Source of the DNA: Perna viridis | Lineage: Eukaryota | Reading direction: 5' to 3' | Assembly: GCA_037379345.1 (NCBI GenBank) | Contig: CM074525.1 | Span: forward strand, 18,154,618 to 18,218,617 | DNA: 64,000 bases | Shown here: piece by piece, positions 25,873 through 40,107 of the stretch | How the letters are laid out: each line of letters begins with the position of its first letter | Numbering within the stretch: position 1 is the first letter of the stretch | Translations under genes and position numbers: made by a program | Notes under the pieces: model-generated | What the model was told of the DNA's origin: nothing | What the model saw: the letters and a program-made list of their open reading frames with translations, nothing else | Database searches by the model: none

Positions 25873-26635
25873 TTAGTTTCTACTGCTTAAACAAAGGTTC
25901 TTTACTGCTTAAATGTAAGACCTTTACTGCTTAAATAAAAGATCTTTGCTGGCTTAAACAAAAGATCTTTAATGCTTAAATATAAGATCTCTACTGCATA
26001 GACAAAAGTAGTACTTACAGCATGTTAAGTTACTTCTGATAGAGGGACTTGTAGCAAGAATTGTGGTTGATGAACAGAGTTTTTTTTATTCTGGATAGAG
26101 AACTCTTTACCTCTTTCTCTTACTCATCTTGCATTAGTTTCACAATGACTTATTGTTTTAAATTCAGCACTAGTCCTTCTAGGCCCCTTTATATCTCCTC
26201 TGCAGACCTAAGAGGCATGGTTTAGCACTGTGTGTGGCAGCAAATAGCAAATAAACCCCCTGTGTAAGAGATTGGTCCCCTCCCCAACACATAATGACAC
26301 ACACCCATTATTTGACATTACCGGGGCTTTCATTATCGTTTCATTGGGCAGATTTAATAGAGAGAACAGACCATCTACACCTTCAAAATGTATCAAATGG
26401 GGAATGGGGCCCCATTGTCATTTTGAACCATCCATTTCCACTTTTGACCTGTCTACATTTTGACAATAGCCGGTTTTTAATGAAACCTCTGCAGTACTAC
26501 TTTTGTCTATGCAGTAGAGATCTTATATTTAAGCATTAAAGATCTTTTGTTTAAGCCTGCAAAGATCTTTTATTTAAGCAGTAAAGGTCTTTAATTTAAG
26601 CAGTAAAGATCCTTTGTTTAGGCAGTAGAAACTAA
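25873..26635. repeat. Foldback-like long inverted repeat: 143-bp arms (25873-26015 and 26493-26635) built of about 22-bp subrepeats
   Basis: Manual alignment of the left arm to the reverse complement of the right arm gives 5 mismatches in 143 bp. Subunit is about TACTGCTTAAAYAAAAGATCTT. Confidence 0.92.
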
Positions 26636-28122
26636 GTGCAGGAGTGAAGCCCATAATTTACTCAAAGTTTATGTTCTGCTCTTAAAAAAGACTAAAGTAA
26701 TCTATGCTGGGTTGATTAAGATTATGATCAGAGTCTGTCTACTGGAAAATTAATCAACTCCATGTAAATACAGTTGTAGGTACAAGTTCATTGAGGTTTA
26801 TATTTAAGCCTTGGGATCTGTTATTTTCCGATAATACAGCTTTCCAAGGAAGGAATCATTATGTCTAAATATACATAACGGTTCCTAACTCTATAAGTAG
26901 ACTCAATTCTCCCTTTAATTGGTGTTCGACCATTACCCATAAAACTGTATTGATGATTAATGCTAAATGAAAGCATAATTGTTTCAGTGTACTGTCCCTA
27001 CAAAAACCACATTGCTTATTATGGGTCCTAATTGATTTTTAAAATCAATAGCTTTGCAAAATCTTGAGTGGTTTAGTTTTGTTCTGATCTAGTTGTCTAA
27101 GTAATTTTGAGTGTTTGACGAACAGCCGATAGACTCAGGGGTATTGTCTGTAAGTGGTGTAGTTAATATTGTCCTTCAATGGCATGATGATTTCTTTTTA
27201 GTTTACTGACTCGTGTCTTCAAAGTTTTACGGGGATTTCATGGGAAAATTTGTCTCTATATTGTTTTAGGAGTACTATTGTTAGGTGTTGTTTTAAGTTC
27301 GGTACATTTTATGCCTTTTTTTAAGTTAATAAAGTATTAAAACATAAAGTAGGATGTGAGTTAAGAAAACTGTAGTCAATATTCTTGAAATTGGTTGTGC
27401 CATAGTAAATGTACATGTATATTTTGAATTATTTATACTTTCAATGTCTTGGAAAGATAAACAGTAAAAATCGTTAACATCAAGAAAACTTTAAATATTG
27501 ATAGGAAATTTCTAGTCTGTTGAAACACACTACAGATTTTTTTTCCCATGAATAAAGTTCGCTTTTTTTTATATAAAAAGTGCATTGTTAAGATAGTAAT
27601 CAATTTTTGACACTTTTTCAAGACCAAAACCCCTTGTCCTGTTTACCTTTCTTTCTAAAGTTTCAGGTTGGTAAATAATCGTTTTTTTTTTACAATGCTA
27701 AATCTGATATGCCGAGCATGAACAATGAGTAGCCTATTGTAGTTTAGATCTATGGTTTCCCCTATTGATATGTGCCCATTGTATGAGAAAGTTTGAATTA
27801 AATATGGGTCCATTCATAACAAATCGGCCTTTATACAAATTTTGTAGATAATATTTGTTTGATATTATAGCAGTTTATAGATTTTTATACAAAGACGGCT
27901 CATAAGCTTGTCATAACCTAAACTTAATGTGTGCATACAAGTTCTTAAATACTGGCCTTTATAACAAATTGGCAGATTTAGTAAGAAAGATATCAAATTC
28001 TTGCATAGACTAATACTACGTGAAGTAACTGTTTTTGGTTCTTAGGTGCTCAGTAATCTCTTAAGAGCATTTTTATTTCCATATTAATGAAAAAAACACT
28101 CTATATAATTATTTGGGGCTAT

Positions 28123-28306
28123 CAGAGGTGTTTACTTATACAGATTTTCCATATTTTCCATGGATTTGATTGCAAATATCACTCTACGGATTGTGAATAT
28201 CTCCATAGTACCTTTGTTAAAATTTCAGAAAGTTCCGTATTTTACAGATCATTTCCATAGAATACTGTGAAAATACAGATTGACATTAAGTAGTACAACA
28301 GATATG
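28123..28306. mobile_element. MITE family G, copy 2 (CpG-decayed)
   Basis: Collinear with 9924-10111. Begins CAGAGGTGTTTACTT. Confidence 0.75.
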
Positions 28307-28957
28307 GGCTATGTGTAATGGGGCTATATGCAATGAACACACCTTCATTACTTTTAATTGGGCAAATGAAAAACAACCCTTACACTTTCTCATTGGGTTA
28401 AAAAAAAGTAGGTGGGGATGAGAGTATGGTGATCTTGGCATGAACTATGATGTCTCATGAATGAACCCAACTTTCCAACTTTTTCAGTGTAGTCTTGCCT
28501 AACCATTACAAATTGCTGTAGAGCACAATCAACTGTCCCTCATAAATTTAATGAAATGTCACTTTTAAGTACCAGTTTATAGTGTGATCAACCACCAACA
28601 GATTCCTATCAATGGCTCTCTTGGAATAGAGGAATAGATATACTGTTCAATAATTGCTGCTAGATCTTAGGACTTGAATACCGTTTAAATTCATGCATTG
28701 AATTTTAATAATTAACACCATCGATTTGAATAGGAAAGTGAGAATAACTCTCCATTGTTTGCTAAAATGTCTGGCTTGGGTTTAAATATAGGTGATTATG
28801 ACGATTATTCAAATATTGTATTGAAGTTCCTGGCAGACTGTCGAAACAGGACTCTGCATGTACAAGTACCTTTGTTGTATAGATATGTTGCATTTGACTG
28901 TCAAACCTTCATTTACTTTAACTATGTAGTAAAGGTTTTTTGTATCTGTTGTGAACC

Positions 28958-28958
<1 letters not shown>

Positions 28959-29010
<52 letters not shown>
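28959..29010 (+). repeat. (AG)26 microsatellite
   Basis: Uninterrupted AG dinucleotide run. Confidence 0.98.
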
Positions 29011-29013
<3 letters not shown>

Positions 29014-30799
29014 TGCTGTACATGTTGGACCGTAGGCTTATGAAACATGAAGAAACCCAGAAGGCCCAGATACAAGGAAAGGCATGATAGGTGTACATCC
29101 CACTAAGTTCAGGAAATTTTCTTTTCTACTATACCAAAAGCTTTTTACCTAGCTTGGTTGGGCTTTAATTCTATGTACCCTAACCTGAAATCCTGGACCT
29201 CCTTGCCTAGACTTATGACATGTACAGCCCTAGATCTAAGGTTCATACATGTATTATTACATGTTGTATACTATAGCAGGTGTTTATTTCTGCCATTAGT
29301 TGTGACTCTATATTTAGAGTTGTTGATGGCCATGTTGATAGTCTGTACTATAATGATCTGCTAAATGGATTGATTGACAGCTTGAAGGACGATATAAAAT
29401 CACTGATGTTTGTTTCATGGAGTGTGGTGGGGGTTTATATCATTTATGGCGTGTCCTAATATACAATGCATGTGTGCTGACCAGTAATTGTATTTTGACG
29501 AAGTTACACAGTTACTTTCTATCACTTTGGTCTTAGTGTCTAATAATGAGTGCAATATTCCTTGTTAGCACTGTGGTAATACCTGAGACTTTGAAAAAAT
29601 TGGAAGATCATAGAGAATAAATAGGAGGTCAAAGGGGAATAAATAGGAGGTCAAAGGGGAATACCACTGAATCAGCTTCAAAATGATTGAGTGTCATCCA
29701 AATTCCATTGACTTGACAAACCGGCACTGGTTATTGGAAATGCAGTCTTTTTAGAGTTTTACAAAAACTTAAGGTTGCAATTTAATGTACTATGTTATAG
29801 CTTTGACAGTTATTTATCACTTTGTCCAAATTTTCAGGGAGTGAATGAATGTACATGGGAATGACTTGCCACAAGTAGCTTCCCACTATTTTATAATTTT
29901 CAAGTTTTTAATAATTTTCATATCAACTTAAAATCAAAACATCAATAAGAAAAAAATGTTGTTTTTTAAAACAGTAAAAATGATCCTACTCTACTGAGGG
30001 TTCTGGAAGGATGACTTTTGATTATACAACTCAAAATCACGATTGACACCAGAATTAGTAATTAATATTAAGTATGAAACAACAGTTCTGATTGGTTGGG
30101 CTGTAAACCTGTAGAGTAATTGTCTGGCAACATTTTACCCTTTGATTTATGTAGGGAAATTTATGGATTTTCGAAGATCTGTAACTTGAAGTGAGTGTTT
30201 GATCTTGAAAAGATTTCTAAAAATTGTGCAGTATTTTGTATTTCTAATTGACTTTTCTCACAAGTTATGCAATAAAATGAGATTGGAGTCTTGAGTGTAA
30301 GTGTTTGTAAGAATCAGGCAAAATAGGAAAAATCAGAAACATGCCTGTCAAAATCCCACCGATCTGACAATATAATATCACTTATTAAATACATTGTCTA
30401 TTTGAAAGACCATTATTTGATCTCTGCATCACTGGTTTATCTTAGAAATTTTTTAATAGAATGTTAGAAAAATGAGGTTTTGACAGAGTTTTCTGCCCTT
30501 GAAATGTTAAATTTTCAGTGCATTTCAGTGAAATTATAAATGAACACTCCAACTTGATATGGAAAATATTGTCTTCTTTCCTTGATACTGATGGAGCAGG
30601 TAGTCAAATTACATTACCAAAATATGGATTTTTTCAAATCATGTTTCACCAACTGCATGATTCTTACAGGGACTGACACTTAAAACAAGAGTAATAAAGG
30701 GAGAAATAATTGTATCAGAGTTAGTCCTTTGTAACCCTAACACTTAACAAAAAAGACTTTTGGGGAGACAGATCTTAAAAAAGAAAAGAATTTATTGTT

Positions 30800-31204
30800 T
30801 TAAGTAGCTGTCTTTGTAAGAATCATGCAAAATCTGAAAAATGTGATACAATCCAAAAAAGGCTACATATTTTTATTTTTGTGATTAAGTTGTTTTATGG
30901 GTCTATGTTATGAAATGCATAATTATTCACTCAAATCTGCCTGCTCTTAGGAGATAATCAACATTAACAATCCAATAGATTCTATTGTATTTGAGTGTCA
31001 TTTACAGATTTATCTCCCTTACTTTTGAATTCTGCCGTGCATTCTATACAATTTTTATCTCCTATGAGCACAGGTTATATGAAAAACCAAATGTTAATTT
31101 CTGTTTACTTAAGCATTTTAAACAAGATATCAATACTAAAAAATATGTAGGCTTTCCAACCATGTATCACATTTTGCATGATTCTTATGTGGAGTGCTAC
31201 TTAA
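30800..31204. mobile_element. TTAA-flanked MITE family B, copy 2 (full length)
   Basis: TTAAGTAGCTGTCTTTGTAAGAATCATGCAAAAT ... ATTTTGCATGATTCTTATGTGGAGTGCTACTTAA form an imperfect TIR of about 33 bp. Confidence 0.88.
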
Positions 31205-31478
31205 GTAGGTATATAATGTTTCATGATGATTGTTTTTCTTTTATTTACATGTTCAGATTTGTATTGCCTTCATTGATTCAGGGATTAGAGGGTCTGTGTT
31301 TTTTTATCACATTCCTGCTGAAAATGTGCCATTGAAATCAGATTTTTTACAAAGAATTTTGAAGAATGGTCCATTGAAATTTTGAAAGATCATTTAAAAT
31401 GACCTATTCTCAAAACTTGAATCCCAATCACTTAGCCTTTTCTTATTAATTCAATGTTAAGGTTTCTTTTTTATGATC

Positions 31479-31722
31479 AACCCCTGCTTGGATACTAGTA
31501 CCAATGATTAGGCATCACTCACTCGGAGTAGGCCAGAGCGTCAACACAGCAGCCCAGTCGCTAGTAGGACATGCCCTGACTGAGTTCTTTGGTCAGCTAT
31601 CCCGAAGCCTGGGCTTCACGATCTTCTACTACTAACTGGCATTATCAACAGAATCCCCATAAGGGGTGGTCATGCAAGATCCGTAAGGATAGTCAAGACC
31701 GTAAAAACCCCCAATCATCATC
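31479..31722 (+). mobile_element. GC-rich retroposon-like fragment ending in an (ATC)n tail
   Basis: Abrupt GC/CpG-rich patch in CpG-poor surroundings, ending ...CCGTAAAAACCCCCAATCATCATC, like a SINE/LINE 3' end. Confidence 0.45.
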
Positions 31723-34554
31723 TTCAGGGATCAACATATTTTTCTGTTGTTGTTAGTTTTCAATGACACTGTGAAGCTCATTGTGGTTGTCAAAAAAGAT
31801 TTGCATGCCACTTTTCATTGTTAAAATCTGAAAGAAAAAAATTACATCTTTCCAATACATTTTATCTTGATAGTTTTGCACTATCAGTGTGATACAAGAA
31901 ATATCTGCATGTACATATGTATTCTGGAGGATAAATTCCATGAGATCTTTTCTTCCAATATTAGCAAGTGAGAAGACTACATGTGTTCATTTCTTTACCT
32001 AGGTAAAGAAAAACAAACTAAGGATGTAAGATTTCTTTTCACTCTGTGTTTTTTTTGTATTGTATGTACTTGCATGTGCTGAAATATTGAGCAGCTCTGC
32101 TGTGATCATATGTCTGTGGTTTTTTTAGATGTCTTTAGACCAAAGATTGGTATTCATATTTTTATTAACAAACTTCATTACTCACTGGTGTAATATAAAT
32201 GTAAAATTACAAATAATTCAAACAAAACTGACAAACAATTAAAGTCTCTCAACCGATTCATCAAAGTTTTGGAAATAAAAAAATTTTATTGATTATTTCG
32301 TATGTATAATGACTGTAACACATATTATTTATTGCACGTATGTATAATTATTAGTTATGAATACTTCCCCACCACAATTGGTCATATTGTGACACATTAA
32401 TTGAGTTTATTTGACGTGTTACGTAAAAGGGAATGAATGCAAAATGTTCTGACGGAGATGTAGACAATTATGTGTTTCTTATTCAGGCCATGTTTGATGC
32501 ATATTGTTCAGGGGATCAAATTCTATTTTTGCTTAAGGAGATAGACCTAGAGTAAGGGACATAACTCTTACAAATCATTGGATGTTTATCTAAAGTATTT
32601 AATGTCAATCTCATGAAAGCATCAAAGTAACTTAGATTGATTTCATTCCATATCAAATAAACACTTGATTGGCTATGATGAAATTGAATATGATACAAAC
32701 ATATCACTGATTTCAAGAGTTAAGGTCTACCTCCCTAAAGGGTCCAATTAAAGGAAACCAAAACCATAAAAATTGTATTCACCATATGGGAATATTCTGT
32801 ATGAAATGTAGGCCTTGACAAATTTTTCAGTAGTTTTTGCTACTTGGTCTATGATATGCTATGATTTAGATTTAGCTTGAGTACAAACCATTTTTGGTGC
32901 TAAATGCTCCCTTGGTATAATGTAAGTTTAAAGTATTCCTTTCTAAACCCAGTTAAGTTTTTTTCACTTGTTTGATAGTGAAGACCAATTGATTATCCAA
33001 TATTGAAACTAAATAGTTTTCTTGAAAATTAAAAAAAACCTTTGACAGTGAGGTTCCCTGTTTAGATGATACCGTTAACAGTTTAAAGATCTAAAAGCTA
33101 CTGGATATTAAAATTTAAGAGCCTTCCAGAAAATAAAGATGTCTTAAGCTGTAAAGCTCGATCCTATTTAAAAACCTTCAACAGTTCAGGAATCAAAAGT
33201 ATTAACTTGCATGGCCTGAGTACATTTATTCACTGTACCTATAGGTAATGCCTGATAATGAAATGTGTTACTGGTACCTGAGTTAAATTAAATACTGTTA
33301 CAAAATGAACTAATTATAAAGAGGATAATTAAAATCTATAAGAATTGATCGGTATATAGGTGAGAATGATGTGACATATGTACTTGATAACCCTGTCTGT
33401 GGGGGCCTAATGATTCTAATTTAGGTTTTAGACACTAAATGGCAAGGTTTTATGTGATACCCTCTGAAAAGTCTGTCTGTCTGTTTCCCAAAAAGTTTCC
33501 AGATGATATTTTGAGAATTGATCAATCCAATTTTTTTAACTTTGCACAGTTGTTAAATCCGTAACATGGTGAATATCACTTAATGTTACATTAATGGTCT
33601 ATTTTATTGATAGGGCATCAGAACCCAAAGGGGAATCAAAATCCAAATGGGGGTGAGGGGGTTTAGATCATCAGGGCTTTGTAACATTGTACCTTAAGTA
33701 AAGTATGTTAATTTTTTCTGCATTTATTATTCTGAAGTAGACAATCCTTTTATCACAACTGAAGAACACATTTAAATAATTTTCTAAGTTAATTAAGCCT
33801 TACAATAATGATTTCCACAATTGCAATCATTGGATATTCAGTGAAACTTGTGTAGATCAGAATCTGAATAAAACTATCTACATAAGAATCCTCATACATA
33901 TTGGCAAAAAACAGACTGAAGTGTCAAAAATAGAATAATTCAGAGATATCAATAATTCAGAGATATCAGAATCCAACTACATGACCTAAACATGAAAACA
34001 GGAAAACAAAGATGATCTACACATTGCAATTTTGTGAACAGAATAAATCATCACTTTAATCATATCAGTTTCAATACTTTTTTTACCTGTATAAATAGCA
34101 CACCTGCCGAAACAGAACAAATTCTTCAGATTAGACAGGTTTATCCATGATTTCTAAAAGAACAGATTTAGTTTGTACTCACTCTGTTTAAAAGTTCCAA
34201 TAATATGTCACCCTCATCCAATCATCTTTGTTAAAAAATTGAAGAATGTATACTGAAGCCCTTGGTCACATTTAGGGTTTCCCTTAGACCATTATAGAAG
34301 GATTGGCCGTTCTGATGTCTTTCCCTTCCACCCTTCTGTCTGTTATATAGACATTACAACACATGCAATGACTTATATAGGAATATAAATTCACATATAA
34401 AATGTTCCCACCAGCCATATGCTTTAGGAAAACTTTCCACTGCTCCTTTGGAGCTGTTGTGGGAAACACCAACATTAGTTCATTATTTGTTTTATATATG
34501 AGTTAATATATTAATTTATGTTATAGGTCAAATGTTTTAACAATGTTTCATCTA

Positions 34555-34620
34555 TGTGCTAATTTATGTTAAAATCTTTCTTTTATTACATGTATTTTAT
34601 CTTTCTATTTGTAGGTAAGT
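34555..34620 (+). promoter_or_regulatory. Candidate recursive splice site (ratchet point) 1, junction 34614|34615
   Basis: GCTAAT branch-like motif (34558-34563), pyrimidine tract ...TTTTATCTTTCTATTTGTAG immediately followed by GTAAGT, and no AG from 34527 to 34612. Confidence 0.65.
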
Positions 34621-37600
34621 CAATATTTATTAGCAAGAAACATTGTCTTAAGAAAATCTTAGTAGATCAGGAAGCATGAAAATGTAATTTATGGCTTTCC
34701 TCATTACTGGATAAAAATAGAGAAAGATGGGGTTGAGGTATGTTATTGTTAAATAATCTGTAGTGGACCCAACTTTTTAGAAGTTAGGCCTCTTGTTGAC
34801 AACTGCACTTTTCTACAACTGGAACACTCCGATATTTTATTAAGTTCTCCCCAGTACAATATAGTTCTTCACTTTACATCGTGATGTATGAAATGTTTTT
34901 CTATTGGCACTGTGCAAATTTTTGCAGAAGCCAATGAACAGTAAATACTGTTCTTTCTCAAATTTATGAGACAAACTGCAAAGTTTAGATCTTTTTTATA
35001 GCAACAGTAACACAAATTTCACCAAAGTTCATTGACATTGATTGCAGTAAGGGTTTTTGAGTTCTTGTCAAAATTTAGAAAATCATCCCGTTAATGTACA
35101 TTTTAAATGAAAACAAATTAGAAATTTATGAAAATTGAATATGAGCTCAAATCAATAGAAAGAAGCAAATGACCGAAGTTTCACAAATATTGTTTGCAGA
35201 ATTTTTTAGTTTTTGTGCAAAGTGAAAATTACAGACAGGTACATATATACAGACAGACAAACACCAGTGTACAGTATACAACTTGCCTTGAAAGGTGGGC
35301 AAATAAAAATGGAGTAAAGGTTTCAATCAAGATGACTGATGGTTTATGATCAAGCTCTGTTTACAGAGCAATGTCATAGATAGTGGAATTTGACTGATTT
35401 TATTTTGCTTGCAATTAAAGTACAGCTAGCGGTGACTGCTAGAAATATTTATAGAAGTGACAGACAGAATGGATATTATTTGTATTATGTTCGTTTTCAA
35501 TCCATCACACAATTTCTAAACAATTAGTTGGTACTTGATTTGTAAAATAACAAGTAGTTGACTTATGGTTCACCGTGATGGCAGCGATAAGAATTGGACA
35601 AAAAATCTGATTTGATATTCGAAAACGTTGTGGTTTGTCATTTCCAAAATACATGTCAATTTCATTTCTACTAACTGACATTCAAATGTCAATATGATTG
35701 AAGGTAACACTCAGTTTCTAAAGATTTTTTTTAAACCAGGCACTGACCAATTTTACTAGTAATAGTTTAGTTCTTATGAAAGAATAATTAAGGGAACCAA
35801 GATTCTAGCAGAAGGTACCTGATATGATGCAATTTTCTTTATCTAATAATGAAATGTCATCTTCTACTAACTTTTCATTCACTGTTGTAAAGCCCTTGTC
35901 AAGAGATTCATCATTATCTTTTCAAAATGATGTCAGGGAAAAAAATGATCCCAAAAAAGCACAATTCTAGGAATAATATCTTCAGTTTATTAAAGAAGTC
36001 AACACTACAAGTGATATTTCTTTCTCTGAAAACATTTTTAACAGGGTTACCAATATTAAGAGCCTCTTCAATGGCCATGAAATATTTTGTCAGCAGGTTC
36101 ATCATCATATATTTTCATTATCTTTGCTGATTGCAGTAATGAGGCCAATATTTTTAAATTATGGGCATAAGTTGGATTGATCTTTGGGAAAGTCAGTTGA
36201 GATAATGATATCATCTAAGATTGTGCACCTGAGCTAAGGAGATTTGATGTATTGATAGACTTTTGTACTTTCTCAGTCAGACTCTGTACTAATACTGATT
36301 TCGTTTTCTCAGTTTTTTTTAAGTTGTGGAGGAAAACAGTGGGAGATTACATACACCTGAGCTTCCAACTTTCAAAATCTTTTAGAAGTCAACTTTAGAA
36401 GTTTCTACCACTACTTACATATTTTCCTTCTGTATTGTTAGACTGTGGAAAAAAGAGGGAATATTTAAGATTTGATGTTACATATATGTGCTATATCTTG
36501 TTTCTTGAAGGTTTTTCAGATTCTTGACTGGCTCCTCAAAGGTTACTTGTTCAGAAGCAGTGGGTGATCTTATTTGTCAGCTTATTTTTGTTTCTGATTA
36601 GTCCTTTTTTTTCTCAAACTACCTGTCTACATAAAATTCAGACACTGCCAGTGGTAAAGTGATTTATGGTGTAGAAAAACCCACCAAACAAACCATGCTT
36701 TTTCAGTCTACATATTCTATACCTTCACATAACAATCTTTTCTGCATTCAGATCTGCACTTTTAAGAAAAAAAATATATGCAGCTCCCACTGATATTAAC
36801 CAAGTGAAGCCAAATCAAGAATGATAACTCTTCCAAAGTGCAAATTTTGTGTACAATCTATATGATTTTTTCGTCAAAAGTGCAACAACCAAATGAAAAA
36901 AATAAGACTGGTCTTGTGATCAGTAACTGTTTCTGAACAAGAAGTAAAGCTGAATTCGTTGGGCTTTTAACATACATGAATCACCCTCTGTCTGATCGTT
37001 AGAAAGACTACCACATGATAAGGCAATAGAAATCTTCACATTCAAGAATTTTGACGTTAAATTATCTTTGTTTTTTAAGATTTTGTGTAGTAGATGTTTT
37101 TTTATTCTGTATTATTTCTTTTGTTTTTACCTTACTGGAGTTATATTCAAGAAAGCTTGAAAAAGTTCTCTGATTTCTTCACTGTAAGTTTTAATTTCAT
37201 GCCTTTGAGTTTTATCAAGTCTACTTCAATTCAGATTTGAAAAAAAATAATTGACGATTCTCTTTTCAGTATAATCTCTCCATTTCCTGCATAAAGAATG
37301 CTATGACATTGAAATGAAATGTATATTTTTTCTATTATTGTTAGAAGTGCTTACGTAATTCATTGACAGAGCGTCTATGTACCGTTAACCTTCGTTTTAA
37401 CATGCTAGTGAAATTAATTACAAAAGATAATTATAAAATTCCATCATGTTCCTTGCTTAGCATTAAAGTTCGTAACTCAAAGACAAAAAAAACAGCATTA
37501 AAATCGTGTAATGATGTTAAGGTTATCATAATCTCTGACTTGTAATCAGTTTTCAAGATTTTTCTTTCATAGAGGGTTGTACATTCAAGCAAAAAAACTT

Positions 37601-40107
37601 TGTTTGATTGTGTAATAATGATACATGTGATAAAGACAGTTGGGTTGTAAGAATTTCAAAAGAGGAACTCAGGGGGTATCCTGTGGTTTACAGCACCTTT
37701 GTGACTTGACTCCGCTTTGAACTAAGTTTTAATCAAGGTAATTATCCAGAAATTGGCAAAATTAAAGTTTATTTTATTCACAGTTTCTCCCAGTTCAGGC
37801 TCGTTCATACTTATCACAAGCCAACAATTTTATCTAATGTAGTTTTGTTTCTATTTTTGTTATGTATACATGTACATGAAAGGTTCTCCATAACATTGCT
37901 TAATAAAGTAAAACATTCAACTGACCCTACCCTGCAACAAAAACAAAATTTGGTGATAGGTAGAAGATAACCGAATATACATGTTAAAACAGCGTGAATA
38001 TTTATTGTATAATCAGTAACCTGAGAAACCACTTGTTTGTTGGTTTTTAAATTGAGAATTGCCACTATGAAAAGAAACCTGAACAATTCATGTGGTCATT
38101 CTTTCATTAAGTATTTACTGTAAGTCCGAGATCCCCAGCTAGCTTTAGCCTCATTTTCTGCTTGCGTGGTTAACTAATTGGTACCTTTTGAGAGGTTGTA
38201 GAATCATTGTTGTATAAGAAACTGTCAGTGGTATTTAGGGAGATTTTTTTATCTCTGAAGGAGCAAATAATTGGTGATTAAGGCTACTATGATAAAAGAT
38301 GTTTTGCTGCCCTACTTAATCCCAAGACCTAAACTTTGTGAGAGAAAATCTTCTAAAACTTTTAAGTAGATTACGAAAAAATTTGAAGAAGAAAAATGAT
38401 ATAATTTTAGAATTCATTTGTTGCTATCTGTTTTACTTCAGACTCTTTTATGATAAGGTATTTTGAGTTATATTTCAAAATAGGTTACATGCATTGTAAA
38501 GAACATCCATTAGAATTTTGATAATGGAAGGGAAATTAAAGTACACAGTATTAAGAACACAGTGAGTTGAGTTAGAAACTAGGACATGGTTAAGTTTTGT
38601 GTTCGAATAATGATTAAATAGACAGATCAGAAAAGTTCAAGAAGTCTCAAGTTATACTAAACAATACAGAGCTATTGTCAATACAAGTATGTTCATTTAA
38701 ATTTCATGCAGTGTATAAAATGTCAAGTTTCCCTTCTTACAGAGACCTTATTTTGTCTGTCTATGCCATGTAGGTGTTGGTACAAATGGCTTTTTAAATG
38801 GGAATAATATTGCAGTTAAAGATGTCTTTCCACTGGAGGTTATTTAATCGTGCACATTGTCAACTACAAGCCTACTCCTCCCACTAATGTTTGATGTCTT
38901 GGCTCATATCTTATTAAGTGCTAACGGCCAGATTACAAGGGTGACAGGTAAAAAAACTAAGTTACCTGTAACTTACATAAGACGTCATGATGAAAAATAG
39001 CTAATGAGCGACCATTGTCATTTTTTATGTTGAAAAATGTTTTGTTTTTATGGGAGAAGTGTCGTAATTAATGCATTGTGTTACCTTGGGTTGTGTGGTT
39101 TTTGCGGTATTTCATGTTTATATATTGGTAAGAAGAGTATATAATATGTTTAAACTATTTTTAATACATCTATCATACAAAATTACAAACAATTTTGCAT
39201 ATTTTTGAAATGTTGGTGGGCTGGGGATTGAGAATATGGTAAATTTCATTGAATTTGCATCAAATCCTGAAAATCATAGATATTTATTAACTTACTCATA
39301 TTAGTCCTAATGGTTATGAGAGCAAGTTTTTTTCTAGTTCTGGACCTTTAAACTCTTCAATTATTTTAGACTAAATTCACTGTTATTACAAACAGTGATT
39401 ACAAAATACCTGTGAACTACTCCTACGCTTAAGTAAGGATTATAGATATTAAAAAAATTGTCAATCATGTCAGAACTAAATATTAAATGTCCCATGGATA
39501 CTCGTGTAATCATATGAGGACTTTGGATATTTAAAAAAAATGAAGAAGAAAAAATTATAGGCACTTGCTCCCACCATCAAATATGCCCAACTATTAGAAA
39601 CACTAGTACATGTCTGTATATATATTTGTCAGACAGAGCAAGCCTCTGTGGCTGAAACATGTACACAATATGTTGAGGACTGTGAGAATATAAAAATTAA
39701 AAATTGTGGTCAGTTCTTTAATCATTGGGTTAAGTTATTGGCTGGTTTATCATTACTCAACATACACCTGAGATGTCCCAAACAAAAATGGTGTTTTGTT
39801 AAAGTCTGAGTGACTCATATTAAACACCCATATTTAGTAATAACTAGCCTAATTTTATAGAGCTGTACAAACATTTTATTAAGGTTCTACATTATTGTGT
39901 TGATTTTAATGATTTTGGGGGGATTAGTGTTGAAAATGATCATATGAAATATTTAGATGGGTTGTAATATAGGTAATTAATTCAGGATGTTTTTGTAGCT
40001 GGGAATAGAATGGACTTGAAAAAGATGGTTTATGACCCATGATTCATCATGGTATTCCTTAAAAAATGGGGAAAATGGAAACAAAAATGACATAAATTTC
40101 TGTGATT

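Noticed and set aside
28755-29087. ORFs with RERE/SLSL runs
   Set aside because: Translation of the (AG)n microsatellite.
33225-33250. CCTATAG|GTAATG as a recursive site
   Set aside because: Modest pyrimidine tract, short AG-free zone and non-consensus +5 position.
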